A DNA stretch of 61,179 nucleotides, the filler included, from Dimargaris cristalligena (lineage: Eukaryota), in assembly GCA_003614675.1 (NCBI GenBank). It is 2 parts of 2 records of this genome, joined end to end, with 100 filler letters (N's around TTAATTAATTAA, not from the genome) between each part and the next. Parts side by side here need not be neighbours in the genome. Positions count along the whole stretch, not along the records: positions 1 to 30,542 come from ML002456.1; 1 more part is not named here. One strand, given 5' to 3'. Both the position numbers and the translations under genes were made by a program. Under the pieces are notes generated by a model. That model did not search any database and had not been told where the DNA came from. It was given only the letters and a program-made list of their open reading frames with translations. Positions 1-13,980 of the stretch are shown here, piece by piece; the stretch's first letter is position 1; every line of letters starts with the position of its first letter.

Positions 1-926
1 TGGGACCATCACCTCTCCCTCCACCCCTATATCCCACATAAGAGAAACATGGAGCTAATAGGCTACTTGGTCAGTTGCGGTTCGGTTGAGTTAGTGACCC
101 CCCCCCCCCCCCGGAACTAACTGGCTTAGACTCGACCAACTCAATAGGGTGTTTACGAGAGTCGGAACTATTCAAGGCAGCTCACTGGTGTACATTTTCG
201 CACAAGTGTACCTCGCCCACGTAGAAAAGATAGCATGGGGGAGAGAGAGGTCCAGCCTGGCTGTATCGCAACAGGTCCTCTTAATTTGGTGAAACCTATT
301 TTAACGGTTGACAACCATGAGCCCCGTCTATTTTACCATTAGCTATTCAAGGATAGTCCTATACACCTGCGCTGAATTACACTCTTGTAAAAAACCCCCG
401 AATTTAGCCGTATGAGTGAGACAGTATTCCAAAATATATACAAAAGCTATATCGGAGCAACGTGTGGCTTGAGCGGGGATAGTTGTTTACTTAAATACAT
501 GGCGGTTCGAAGGAACGGCCAATATCATTGGTAAGCGCATGTCAACGAATTTATTCATTTAAAATGCACTAAGGCTTATATTGGCCAATGTACTTTTGTG
601 GTGTTAACGAAGCTATATAGTCAACCGGGGTAAGTCAGTCGGGGGGCAGAGAGAAAACGAGGTGAACCGTCGTTAGGATCAGACAATTCAGTTTTGCCCA
701 GGCAGAGTAGGCGAACAAAAAAAAACTTGTGGATGGGGAGAGACAGTGAAGGCGAGTGTGGCCGCTGCTAAATACGGGGAGGTGCCATGCGTACTCTTTC
801 GAGAGTTGTCAGTCAGAAAAATAAAACTATAAAAATAAATAAATGGACATGTTATCTACGGAAGCCGAGGGGGGGGCATAGAATGGTTTGATCACCCAAG
901 GATAGCCCCACAACTACAACCTACGG

Positions 927-2772
927 TTAAAGCTGTTTACCCAGTTCCACCTTTTGGCGAATGACATTTTCAGCCCGGTAGATGAAGGCGTCGACAATCC
1001 CGGCGACGGTGAAAATACCCCCCACAATGGCGCACAGACTGGTCAAGAAGTGGGAAAGGGATTTACGATGCTCGGTATAAATGACCCGCATAGGCGAAAT
1101 TTCAAAGTTGAAGAATAGGCCTAGGGTAAATATGGGAGTAGAGAAAACACACACGCGTATATATGTATGGACGGTAGGTTAGTAAAAGTAAATGGCTCAT
1201 AGTAAGGCCTAGAGGTATGGCCAACTATAGAAGTATTTGATGCGCACAAATGAATTATAACTAGAGGGCCTTACCGGTGTTTCCTTGGCTTAGAAAGCCC
1301 GAAACCATCTGTTTGGCATGTTCTGTAACGGAGTACTGGTTGGAGATAATGCTGGGTTGGGATAGGTAATGGATTTCTGTTCCAACCACCTTCAAGAAGT
1401 ACTGGTATTGCAGGTCGCCTGAGTAGAATATACATATAACCAGTCAGGACGCAGCCATGTATGGGTGAATTCGATGGCATATGATAGGAGAAGGGACGAG
1501 AGCGAGCGTTATATAGCGGTTAGATGAGCTCGAAGTATTTAACCAAGTGGAGGGGATGGGTAAGAGTGGGTGGGTAAAGCTTGCTGGGATGAGTGTGAGT
1601 GAGTGAGTGGGTGAGCGAAACCTAAATATAGGAGGGGGTGAATATACTTACGAACGGGGGCGACCTTGCCGGCGCCATCCAAGGGATTCACCATGTTCGG
1701 GTATTTCGTGCCAAACGATAAATGGTTGATTGTATGGGTAAAGTCGTAATCCTCGGGCATGTACGAATAAATGGCGTGGATGTGAATATTGTTGTGGAGG
1801 GCACTCTGGCCGGCCATGATATGGAAGTTGCCCGACACTTTGTTCACCTCAATGAACCCATGGATGGTGCAGCCTTCCTTGTTCTGCTTGGCCAGGTTTT
1901 CCTTCCAGTGTTCCCGCACGCATTGCTCAAAGTCGTCCGGGTTGGCGAAGGCCCAGCCCAATGCACTGTAGGCCCGGCGAACGTCATCGCACGTGTTACA
2001 GCATTTACCACCGCTGGGGGAGGTGCCGCCGTAACAGCTACCACAGTAGGGCACAGCGGGGGTGTTGGCGGCGGTTCCTTGGCCGTCCGCCTGGGTGGCC
2101 GCTGCTCCAGCTCCAGCGGGCGTAGTAGTACTACCCGAGGGATGACCATTGGCCAGGGCCTTGCCCAATTTCTCGATTTTCTGCATACCCCGGTGGGTTT
2201 CCCGCATCTCGTCGATGGGATTGCCCAGCGTATCCAAACGCACCTTGTAAATATCGTGATCGACGCTCACCTGCTGCTCGCCCGTGGCATCCATGACATC
2301 CAGGTTGAGTAGGAAACACGGCGCATGCGGGAAAGTGATGTTCAGGTTAATGGTCATTTTTTCACCCCGGGTCTTGTCCACGGTCAGCTCGGGCCTAAGG
2401 TCCACCGAGCAGTAGTCCATGAATTCGGAGAGCAGGAGGGTGAGAATGATGGCCGCACTGATAAGGGTGACTAGAGTAATAAAGAAGGGGGAGGGAGTGT
2501 GGTGGGGGGGCGGGGTTAACAAATAAAATTACAGGTATAGTTATCGGTCTAAAGGATAGGAAGGGGGTGCCGCCAATGGGTTCGGACCCCATGCATGGGC
2601 TAACTAGGAAGTTTTCCCCATCGGGTGGACCCTGTGCATGGGTGGGTAGGCCTATCAAACTACACCTACCAGTGGCACCGGAAATGGTCTTGATGCTGAA
2701 GTCGTCCAGGGTTTTCGCGTAGGCATCGAGGTTGCGTAAGCGATGGCTTAGGGTATTCGCATTTCTCGCCAT
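927..2772 (-). CDS. ERV46: ER-Golgi intermediate compartment / COPII vesicle protein Erv46 (ERGIC3); 4 exons: 2772-2670, 2470-1652, 1418-1275, 1120-927
   Basis: Spliced translation gives N-terminal LDAYAKT, TM1, INLNITFPHAPC, the Cys motif CGSCYG...CCNTCDDVRRAY, EGC...VNKVSGNFH, YQYFLKVV, and FFNFEISPM...CAIVGGIFTVAGIVD...GKQL. All junctions are GT-AG and in frame. Confidence 0.96.
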
Positions 2773-3725
2773 GGTTATGTTACGGTCGCGGTTTAAATTC
2801 GAGGGCGGGAGGGACAATGCGGGGTTGGTGTGCGTGGGGATGTGTCAATGGAAACTGACGGTAGATTGAATGAAATGGGACGTGCGTATCGGTCGGTTAT
2901 GGAATAAGAAGCGGCCCAAAAGTGGTAGTATTTAAATGAAAGAGAAGGGAGTAGCGACAGTCCCGCTTCGGTAGAGGAGGATATATAATATATACGAAAG
3001 TGAGGTGGAGTGGATGCTGTGGGGGAGTGCAAAAAAAATATTCATCACTATGGCTTCAAGCGGGAGTGGGAGCGGGCATCGGGGAGGAAAGGAGAGGAGA
3101 GGTATAGAAAGCGAAGCGGGACGAAGATAAAGGAAGGTGAAAAGAAACCCCAGGGCGAAGAACAAAGGCATACGGCCATAATGAAGGCGAGAGGGGGTTG
3201 GGTCTGGGCGGCCTTTCCCCCCCATTAATCATCATAGATTCCTTTAGTAGATGGGTACACCCACCCAAATCACCCCTATTATGCAGAGCAACCACACAAT
3301 TTATCACTAAAGAATAGTCCATACAGGCGAAGCCTACACTTCTTCTATTGCAGCCGGCTCAGAATACATACATAAATCTATAAATACACGCACATGGCAA
3401 GGATGAGAAAACGGTGGTGGTCCACGTATTCGTTCGTGAATGGTGCAATGATATAATATCCCGGGAGTTCAATTGAGCGATGTTATAAAAGCCAATCCCG
3501 GATTTGCCATAGATACAGGCCACCGCCATTGGTATCTAACATTACATAGCATCGCCAATTCAACCATCCCCAATTACATGTCAACGAAGGCGGCAAGCCT
3601 CTCACCAAATAAAGAAAAGCTTTAAATTAACCATAAGCCATGCGCTCATTAATAAAAATACAAATAAGAATGGGCCAGAATAGCGGGTATAAAAAACAAG
3701 GGTCGCGAGTATAAATATAAATTGC

Positions 3726-5706
3726 CTAGGAGCCACCAGGCCGTTTTGCGACTTTGGTTCCTCGAAGGGGTCGTATTGGCGAGCTGCTTCGGATATCGTC
3801 CCAGAAACTAGAACTAGGGGTAGAGGTGGAGGTAGACGGCTTGGGGGCCGTTTTGGGAGGGCTCGGCTGGATCAATGGGGGTGATGGTTTGGGCGGAGTT
3901 GACGTTGACGAGGCCGGTTTATAGGCCGGAGCCGAATAGGGGGGCGGCGGTGCCCGTCGAGGGGGAATGGCAAGGGGGCATCTAGGTGCTGCCCGGATCG
4001 GATTAACCATTCGGGCCGCCCTGTAAATAATCGACCGAATTGACGATAATAATAATAATAATAATAATACGGCAAAAATAGATTAGTGGAAGCACATAAG
4101 GCCCGGTTCAAAAAGGTCGGCCATCTTTCAAACCATTTCTACCACCCCACCATTATTAGCATCCCAAAGAATGAACGGACCACATTTCAATAAATACTAG
4201 AAAGCCAAGGATGGTTAAACTACTTACAATGAGCGGGCCTCGAGTCGGGACTTTTCCATCAATGATAAAACTATTAGGGTCAAAGGAGACAGTTAGTATA
4301 TCTATAGTTCCTAATAGTTGGTCTACTTGGCCTTAAAACCTAGATTACAATAGACTGCCTGGTTATTTGGCCGTTTAGCCCGAACTACCACTATGGACCC
4401 ACCTTTTTTGGGCCCGTATGAATTCGAGGGCCGGGTTTGCTTGATATACAAATGGGGCGACGCGGTCGTTACCACTAATTTACGGGCTTGCCGCTGGTTT
4501 TCAAGATTTAGGTAGGCCCCCCGAACCCGAGCCGTCGCCCGTTGGAGTTTAAGCTCCCTTTCCCGTTCGCAATTCTGCACCGGATTGGGGGGATATATTG
4601 GGGAAAACGAGTAGTAGCATAGGCGTGCGGGATGAAGAATAGTCCACATTTATATATTAATGCATGAGTGTATGTCACCAAGGCAAGGATTGAAGGATAT
4701 CCAGTAATAAATTAGAAATTTAAAGGAATATTTACCTCATAGAGTTGTCGCCAGTTTTCGTCGGGACCGGGCTCGACTTCAGTTGGCCGGGAATTGCGCC
4801 GTAAAAGATCTTTACAGAGAACAGCCCATAAATCTGCGCTTGTCAAGAATTTGCATTGAGTCGGAGTAAAAAATAAGAAACTTAATTTAGTTTAAAAGTG
4901 GATCGGCAAAGGGGGGGAAAAGGATAGAATGGGTGTTCAGTCAAGAGACCAACTCGCCGATATCCAAAGTAGGGGGGATCGGGAAGGGAATGCCGACTTA
5001 CCGTTTGTTGCGCTTTGGAAGCGCTATACTCGAGATGTGCCACAGTCCAATATATAAACGGTATGCAATGATTAATAGGCCGTATGTCCATGAGATAATG
5101 TAGCACCGTGCCTTGACAGAGGGGATGGATCATAGTAACACGGTGGGGAGGCGAGGTACCAATCTACCCATTCCGTAGAGCAAATGATCCTAGGGACAGC
5201 AAAAAACCTACCGGATTAAAACTTTCAATCTTTTGAAGTTGGGCCCCATTACAAATGCGAAGGGCCGGTTCGATTAGCCGGAATGGTATATCCCCTACAT
5301 CTTCCACATCTAACCGATATTGAATTTTTTTAAAAAAAACCCCTTATTTAAGGAACATGGCATTAGTGTGAAGTAGTCACAGAGTCCACGGGGGGAAACC
5401 TCCGCAGCACACATTTTCCATGGGCTTGGTTGGCTTGTTAAAGCATGCATAAAAGAGAGAGGTGAGTCCAACAATATATCATATATGGGTATTTCTATTT
5501 ACAAAAAGTGGCCGTGACTTACAGTCGATGTTCCGGGTCAAGGTGCGAATGCAGAGCTGCTGTAAACTAGGGAAGGTTGGGGTTGAGTTACACCGGCCCA
5601 TGGAGGGACTTGGCTTGCCTATGGGACGTGGTACCCGGGGTAGGCCCTCCGTACACGGGGGAGACGGCTGGGTCGAATTCGGGGTTGTGGTTGGCAAATC
5701 GGACAT
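3726..5706 (-). CDS. ELA1: Elongin A (RNA polymerase II elongation factor SIII subunit A / Ela1-like); 7 exons: 5706-5523, 5309-5212, 5023-5002, 4833-4736, 4574-4403, 4270-4228, 4020-3726
   Basis: BC-box-like FPSLQQLCIRTLTRNID, then YVEDVGDIPFRLIEPALRIC...QLQKIESFNP, NDLWAVLC, NWRQLYE...ERELKLQRATARVR and SLMEKSRLEAR, which match the Elongin A domain. GT-AG junctions have consistent phases. Confidence 0.88.
4046..4069. repeat. (AAT)n microsatellite in the last Elongin A intron
   Basis: Direct ATA/AAT tandem run. Confidence 0.9.
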
Positions 5707-7453
5707 TCGTTGTGGGCGGGAGGGAAGTGAAGGTGAGAGTGAGAGGGAGGGTGAGTGAATGAAGAAGAATCACCTAGACAGGGGATTGTGTAGAGTAAGT
5801 CAGTCAGTGGGTAGTCCAAACGTTAACAACGGCCCAAGGGTCACGAGAGAGTGAGATTAAGCGTAGAAGGGAGGGAGGGATAAGGAATCACACCAACACC
5901 AAAGTGACCTCTCAATGACAAACTGAAAAGAATTCAAGTAAAACTAGGCGACCAAAAGGAAGTCCATTTGGAAGGGCACTGAATGTGGGCTCTCCTCCAT
6001 CGAGCAGCCGATTCGCGCCAACGACAATGCTCCGTTTAGCGAAGACTCCCCCTCCTTTCTTTTCTCCACTGCCAAGTTGGGTTGCTGATGTATCCAGTAG
6101 AGCAGAGGAGGGAGGGGGTTTTGGGTGCCTTGGCAGCAAACAATGGAAATTGGCAGTGAATTGGATCCTGCGTAGGCCAATCCAGATGCCCAAAGGAAGT
6201 ATTAATTGCCGCCGCGAACAGTGTCGAATGAATAGAATATAATATATTGTTGTAGAAACCCATTATTTTCATTCCAATCCATCACTTCAATCATTTCTAA
6301 ACCCTAACTATACACTGGCTCCACGCCAAATGCTAATTAACCCCCATCAAAGTACTCTGACCGGGTGGTGCGATTGGTTAATGCTAAACTATTGATTTTA
6401 TTACCAGGAAATTGCCCGGAAACTGAACGCCCAGCTATTTCTAACTGGGTACTACTGTTAACTTTTGCCCATAATGTGTAGATATAAAGTAGGACGAGGT
6501 AGTATATATATATCGATAAAAGTATGTATAAAGCAAAGTAATAAAAATACGAAATAAAAAACTGATACCGATGGAACTGATGTCTGCAGAAAACGATGAA
6601 AGAAAAGAAAAAAACAGCAAGGTAATGCGAGTGCAACGGAAGGTATGTATCATGTAGCTAAAATAATAATAAAAGATATGATAATTAAGGGGAAAAACAA
6701 AGTAAAAAGAGGTAAGGGAGGATGGGATTGGAAACATAGTCAGAAACCCCCCGAAAGCCATGATGGGTGTGAGCTATTGAATCCGGAAAAGTCTAGCCGC
6801 TATGGCCCAGTTGACCTCTCAGCTTTATGGGTAAATAATGACTTTACAAGCAATAAAGGGCTGCACACAAAAGGAACTTGGCCCAATGATGGGTAGAGTA
6901 TACACGCACAAACATACATACATACATACATATATATATATATATAGAATGTCCAGTAAAGTTAGTGGAGGGATGATCAAGTGTAGGATACAAACAATGA
7001 AAACCAAACAGGAGGAAACTGACTTAGATGCCTCGAATCACCGAGGGAATAGAAAAAAATGGAACAATCGAAGCATCAACAAGACATAGCTCATTATGGG
7101 GTTAGATACGTTCAAATATCGGGGAAAAGTTCACCCTGCGCATCCTACTTCCAGGTTGACACCAAAAGGCGGATGTAAAACAGGATCATATATGCCGGCG
7201 AACACAGCATCAACCAACAAAGCACGTTAGTTTGCCAACCAGCCTCACGTCATTCAAAACGCGTCCGGACCAGCGCATTCCCCCGCAACCCAATACCTAG
7301 CCGCAAGGGGAAACAATACACCAGGGGTTTAAAGGTATACTTATGTATGTGTTTGTGTGTGTGTGCGTGTGGTTAAGAGAAGTGGAAGACAATGCACTCG
7401 ACCAAACAACTGTATTACATAAGCGAAATGAGGTCGGAAGAAAGGGCGGGTGC

Positions 7454-10400
7454 CTATTTCTTATCCTGGTCCGATGAAGCCATGAGTTCGTAAATAATAT
7501 CGTAGCATTCATTGAGCAGCGAATGAATGACACCCTGGCCTTCGGGGGTATTCCCTTCGTCATCCAGGAATTTGCCGTGGATACGCAGGTTATCGATACT
7601 GGACAATTTCATTTGATAAGGGTACAGGTCGCGCGGTGAAAAGGGTCCCCCGTACTTCTTAACGGCCAATAAACATTGACGCAGGGTGCGCAGTTGGTTA
7701 TGGATAGGGACCAGCGGCTCGGCCACCGGCTCACTGGACGACAGCAGCACGTAGATGAGATGGTAGCACCGGTGAAGCAGGAAGTGTATGACCATTTGGC
7801 CAGCGGGGACGTTGCCGTCCGCGTCGTAGAATTTGCCGTCTTTACGCATTTTGTCGATTTCGTCCAGTTGGACCTGGTAGCTCCACAAGTCGGTTTCACG
7901 CATAGTCCACCGGTGGGTTAGGACAAGCTTTTCCAAGCTTTGTTTAATGTCAATCAACCGATCGGCAATAGGTTTAAGGGACTCGGCAATGGAGTCGGAC
8001 GAGGCTAGGAGTTCGTGGACTTCGTCGAAGCACTGTTCCAACAGCCCGACCACTTGGGCCTGGCCGGCCGGGATGGTGCCATCGGCGGCCAGGAACTTTC
8101 CGTCGTCGCGTTGGTTGTCGAGCTCGCGAAGCTGGGACTGGATGTCCCGGATCTGGGCGGCATCAAAGTGCTTCTGGGTGGAAAGGATTACGAGTTTCTT
8201 ACGAATCTCAATCAGCTGACGGCGGATAGGAATAAGCTCAGGACTAATTTCCTCTACGCTGCGGTAAAGCTCATCGAGTTTCCGCTCTGTAAGGCATAGG
8301 TGGATTCCGGGTGGGGTGATGCAAGAGCATGTATAATGAGGTAGTTGAGTGTCAGGATGAGTAAAAATGCGTGGCATTGGTTGGATAGGGGTGGGAGTGA
8401 GATTGGTCATTTAGGTTCGGGACAAACCGGCCGGAGAACAATACTTACTGCACTGGCGGAGCCGTTTGCTGATATAGCTGAGTTGGGCTTGCTGGAAACC
8501 ACCCTCTTCAACCTCGCTGTTATTGATGATTTTCTCAAGGGACTCGAGGCGCTTCTTGTAGGGAATCAGGTCGTCTGGTATACACGGTTGGAAGGGGAAA
8601 TAGACGGATATGGGGGTGGTGGGGCGGTAATAAAACATGGTATCGATTTTTTAAAGAAATTAAGAGTGGGATTAGAGTTTTGGAAAATTAAGGAGCGCTA
8701 TAACAAGTAGACTTAGAGGGAATATTCGCTTAGGCCGATATGGAATGGGAGAGTAGCGGATAATTAGGGTTATAACACGCGCGCCATGAGAAAAAAAAAA
8801 CAAGGCAGTTGGCCAATTACAAGAAGCCCCAATAAAAACGGGATTTGAAAAGTGATGAATAACCCGATTATGGAAAATGAAAGGAGAGGGGGGGCAGAGT
8901 CCCGCTAATGGGAGTCGGAATCGGGCATTACAAACGGGCGCGTAAAGAGGGAGATGATGACAGACAGACAGGCAAAGGGAGCGCGGGGGAGGGGAGCCAG
9001 TCACGAACGGGAGCCGTCAACAACGCCCAAAAAGAGAGGAGGAAAAGGGGGGAGGGGGAGTATAGTAGGTGGGAGGAGGGAGGATGGTATTCGAAACGAA
9101 GAAGCGAGAGGCGCGCTTACCTAATTTAAATACATCGATTTCATTGAGGAGCTCGAGGTTTTGCTAAAGAAAGGGCGGCGAGGGTCAGGGATATTCATAG
9201 GAGAGAATAGTTTACAAGATGCAAGAATGAAATTCAAGCGGTGTGAGACGTCATAAGGGGTGGCTCAGTACTAGGCAATGTGACCCCGCGGATGGGAAAT
9301 TCAGCACTGCAGCTGAGGGGGAACGGTAAGAGAGAGAGAGAAGGGGCCCTCCTCCTCATCTGGTTGCGGTATTTAATTACCAAGCGAAAATGCGGAGGAT
9401 AGGCCACCGAGCCCGACGCAGTAGCAGTTAATCGCCCCGCCTCTTCACCGGTGTCGCCCCACTTCCTCCGACCAAATAAAATATATATAAGGCAACAGGG
9501 AAAGGAGGCGTCCAGGGGACGAGCCCGACGTTGACTTCCTTCCATCAAAGCAGGTGTCTGCTAAATGATGGAATGGCAGCTGGGAATGGGACGGAACCAT
9601 TGGTTAGATTCGGAAGCCAACCGCGTATCCAACGGCAGCAAAACACAGATGAAGCGGCAGCAGGTGAAGAAGCGAAGGTGAGAGACGTTGGGCGTAGGGG
9701 GAAGGAGGGAATAAAGCGCGGTTTCGATGGAACATGACCGTCGGCATTGTGTATTAAATTAATAATAAATAAGAATAAAACATCCGAAAAGGGGGGTCAT
9801 CGGTGTAACCGATATGGGGGCAGGGGACTTATAAGTCCGGTCGGGTCGACTATATTCCGCGGATTGTGTGGCAGAGAGTCGCACCCGATATTCATCAAAA
9901 ATAGTGTGCTACCGCGCCCGGTACCAAATTAAAAGAAAGAAAACTGACTTTCCCGCTTCGACTGACCCAACCGGATCTACGAGCCGCCCCATCGGGGCTC
10001 ATCGATAAGACTTCTTGCGAACTCGTAGAGCCGAAATTTCCAAGTTGTTGGAGAATAAACAGCAAGGGGTGAGAAGTTTCCCCAACCCTCCCTCCAATTG
10101 GTAGCGGTCGGTCCGGTGGATAGGACAGGAAGCCGTATAGTGAAGGAAAGGTACGGCAATTTAAGGACTAGTCGTCCAGTCCAAATCAAGTCAAACCAAA
10201 TCTAAACGGATAAAAAAAGAGCCGGAAGCAGGGGTCGGGGATAATGCGGGGCTAGATCCCCCCTCTTCCTTCCCCCCTTGCATTGCCAAATCACCGCACG
10301 GGGGCTTTTTAAAAGTATTCGGGCTACTCCCGAATCCCCCTTGCGAAAAGATAATAGATAGATGCATATAAATATAACGCCGTTTATATGCGTATGCGCC

Positions 10401-10948
10401 AGAGAGGGAAGAGAGGGTGGAGGGAGCCTATACGGGTGTGACCACCGCTGCCCTCGAGCCACCCTGCACCCTGTCGACCATACTACATGCACATATACCC
10501 CCGTCGCTAAATTTAAGGCTACCTTATATAAAACACGGGTTGAAACAATCAATCAATTATATATATATCAACGAAGCCTACAATAAACCCCTTGCCCATG
10601 GGGCGTACCCAAGCAAGGGCTGAAACCTACCTTGATGGTTACGAGTTGGACATAGGTCGCGGGCACTTCGCGGTTCTTGCCCAGGGCCAGGTAGAAGAGC
10701 GAAAAGAGTTGGTAAATGTCGTCGAGAACGTCATCCACGCGGTTCTTGTACTGATCGCTTTCGTGGTGCTCGATTTCACGCACCTCCCGCAGACGAGCCA
10801 CTTGCTGGCAAAGCTCGTCGTAGAGGGTGACAATGTCCTCCTCGCGGTAGTAGCTCTTCTGGTCCTTCTTGAGCCGACTTAACCGGTGCCGAATAGACAC
10901 GAGGTTTTCCAGGACCCGCTGCTCTTCGAGGGTAATGTGCTGGGGCAT
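7454..10948 (-). CDS. DUF2408 / UPF0662 family protein (yeast Cub1/Ypl260w-like); 4 exons: 10948-10631, 9163-9121, 8574-8449, 8286-7454
   Basis: MPQHITLEEQRVLENLVSIRHRLSRLKKD...NRVDDVLDDIYQLFSLFYLALGKNREVPATY, plus three internal repeats of the DGKF...G..PAGQ motif (LEKLVLTHRWTMRETDLWSYQ; RDLYPYQMKLSSID). Phases are consistent across GT-AG introns. Confidence 0.85.
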
Positions 10949-13779
10949 GGCGGTTGTGGGTGGGTGTGCTTCGAGGAAGGGGAATTGGCAGTGGGGAATG
11001 AATAGACTGAGGAAGGGCAGAAAAGTGCGGGTAACGAAGTTGAACAGCAATGGAATAGGGAAGTATAATACGAGAAAAGAGATGGAAGGGAGAGTGAAAA
11101 GCAAAGAACCCTTAGGAAAGAAGATAAAGAAGAACGGATACTTCGGGACTCGGGTAGGGTTGTTGGTCGGTTAAAGACAAGAGCGAGTTGGTTGGAGTGA
11201 GTGTATGCGCATAGATGAGGAGGAGAAGGAATGGAAGGAATGACAAAGCGAGGGGGAGGCGATACGTCAGCTGAACAAGTCTAGAGGAAGCGAAGCAACG
11301 TAATTGATAGCAGCAAAGCTTATTATGAGTAATCAACCAATCCTCCCTTATTAATAATCCCCCCTCTCCTCTGTCCCAACAAACGAGAAAAGGGGGTTTC
11401 GGGGTGACAAAGCCACTTAAAACCGGACCCTACGCCAACTTCGCCTGCCTTCTGCCCAAATGTCTCAGTCGCCACGGGCTACCCAGTCTAATAAATAACC
11501 CCAGCGGCTATTAATAAGTCATGGAGGGGGAGGGGTGGGGTGGACTCGTGAAGATTGGTAATAATGGTACTGTTAGGTAATAAATATTACATCTATGTCT
11601 ATATAGATAGATAGATAGATATGTATGTATGTATGTATTGTGAATACCATAAATACTTACGCTGCGTGGGTGAGAGAGTTACCCAACGAGGGAGTACAAA
11701 AAATTATACAAAATCAAAACCAAAATATATCAACCCAACCTCGCACTAAATCGGTAGTAATGGACTCTATGAAAAAAACGGGCTCGTGTTGCACCAGAAG
11801 ATGTGGGAAGTACGCGGACGGATCATGGCTGGTTTTATATATCCACTCCTTCCTACCATTCTTAATCGGCTGCCGCCAGCCCACCGCCCCCATTACACTA
11901 ACTAAGAACAATCTCCCTCCTATGCCCAGTGATCTCCCTCGCTCGCTAGGCTATACCCACCCCACTTTTACTTTCCACACTACCTAGGAACTGTCGAATA
12001 ATCCACCACTAACCCTCTCTTAGTACGTCGCGTCTTCTCCTTTTCCAAGGATATATAGAGTACCCACTAAAATATTTATATATGAGGCGGCTCCACTCCT
12101 TCAGCTTCGGACTTAGACTCAGTTTTGGACATCCTGCATGCAGTTGGCCGGATTTATAGTTCGGAGTTGCACTGCCGTGCGAGCACCGGGCCCGCATGCA
12201 CCAGCAGGGTGGGACAGTCATGCCTTTTCCCGTCTGGGCCGAATGAACGACTCTCCCGTATCCATAAGGAGGGGCGGACTTGTCACTCTGGGACTTTGCA
12301 TATCCTACGCACTGCTCACCTTCAGCACGCCCCCTTCAGACAGTTCTCCGAATCACAAGAATAAAAGACAATTGCAAATGAATTGCCCCTACTCCATGCC
12401 CATCATTGGGGCGATAACTTTGGGCTTGGGTGTGCGTGTATTTTGGCCAACGATGTTTCCCCAAAAAATGTTCGTGACTGGGGTCTTGCGGTCGGGAAAA
12501 CCCGGGTGGCCCCACAGTATCCCTGTACCCAAGATCAACCACGTACATACACTCCGCCTATGTCTGTACCCCTCCCCCTCCCGCCATTTAGAGTGTGTGG
12601 GTTCCCAAGGCGAAGATTAATCTAGACCATCTGCAAGATGGGGAGGGTCCCTCTCCCCATACCCTACATTGTATTTCTCTCCTAGTTTCCCTGACATCAA
12701 GTCTCAAAAAATAAAAACATCAGTCACGATTTTAACGGAACACCGACCATTCTGCCAGTATGGTCCCGCCAGCGAAGGGCTAAATAATAGACCATATTTT
12801 CCTAAGTATGGCAGAACAAAGGGAGATGATACTATTCCGTCGAGGGCATGTCTAACTGATAAATATCCCTGCTCAATAATGTAATTAATCAGGTCATAAA
12901 TAGAGGGGGGGTGTACGGCTTTCCTCATCCTTCCATTTCCCCTACCCCCCTGTTCCACAAGTGTTTTTGAAATCCAGCCGCCAATCTTTTCAGTATATTG
13001 GATTAAGTTTATCTGAAACCAGAATAGTCCATTTTAATTAGTCAGTCAGTCACGTTGGGTCACTAGTGAATAAAGCAGTGAGTGACATGGTGGTAAGGAA
13101 ATCTTCATAAGATTTTTTTAAATTTTTTTTTGATGAACGTGGGTATTCATGACCACCACCTTTCGCCCCCTCTTAATTATGGAGGGGATGGTGGTAACGT
13201 AAGTATGTCCCATATTTTCCTTCTTCTGCTACAGCTAGTTTGGCTGTTTTATATTTCGTACTCCCCTACATTATGTCTTTTTGGAGGTAGCCTTAGGTGG
13301 GTACTCAGTGTCTTCAAAAAAAGATGAAAGGGCCACAACCAATAATAGTGAGTATTGTTGTATATAATTTAATAGCCTATAGCTTTATTTACAAACTCGA
13401 TTATTTGGTTCAATATTATGGCATGTATAGGTAAAAGGTAGGACAAGCAAATCCATTGATATGTGTTGGGGGGTTGAATGTTGATGGCCAAAATTAATGG
13501 GGCCATTCTGGATAGGGAAGATTGTCCAATAATACCCCATGATGGGAAATAAATATCGGCTCCAAGCCTAAGGCCATAATCCCATCTTACCGTTTGGGGG
13601 AGCATTTAGAAAAGGTAAGTTAGTATGGTTGGCCATCTAGAGACATGCTCCTAGCCATTTCCCCCAAAGTAGGTGAGACTCCTGTCAATTGACCCCTGTT
13701 CGCAAGAATGGGCTGGTCAGCCTCCAAAAGAAGGGCTGTCCTGTGGTTTCGAGGAGAGGCACGGATTCAACAAGTTGGA

Positions 13780-13781
<2 letters not shown>

Positions 13782-13814
<33 letters not shown>
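13782..13814. repeat. (AG)n microsatellite upstream of NDUFS5
   Basis: About 16 perfect AG units. Confidence 0.95.
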
Positions 13815-13818
<4 letters not shown>

Positions 13819-13980
13819 CCAATCTCGCTCAAGCAAGGGCTGATTCGCCCTGCTCTTCGTTGACCCATTCATTCATTCATTCTTCTAACCCCCCAGTTCT
13901 CTACGCATTACGTGTTGTGCCATATTCCTCTACTTTTATACTCCCCCTTCTTACTTTCTTGTACTAAAACATTCCTCACC

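Noticed and set aside
1722-2312. Long antisense ORFs (also 22386-23231 overlapping UBP8, 24467-24976, 51164-51844)
   Set aside because: These are shadow or overlapping frames of GC-rich real exons, with no recognisable protein features.
4693-4700. ATATCCTT on the minus strand, resembling a U12 (AT-AC) 5' splice site in the Elongin A gene
   Set aside because: It lies inside an intron already explained by a canonical GT-AG pair that keeps the frame.
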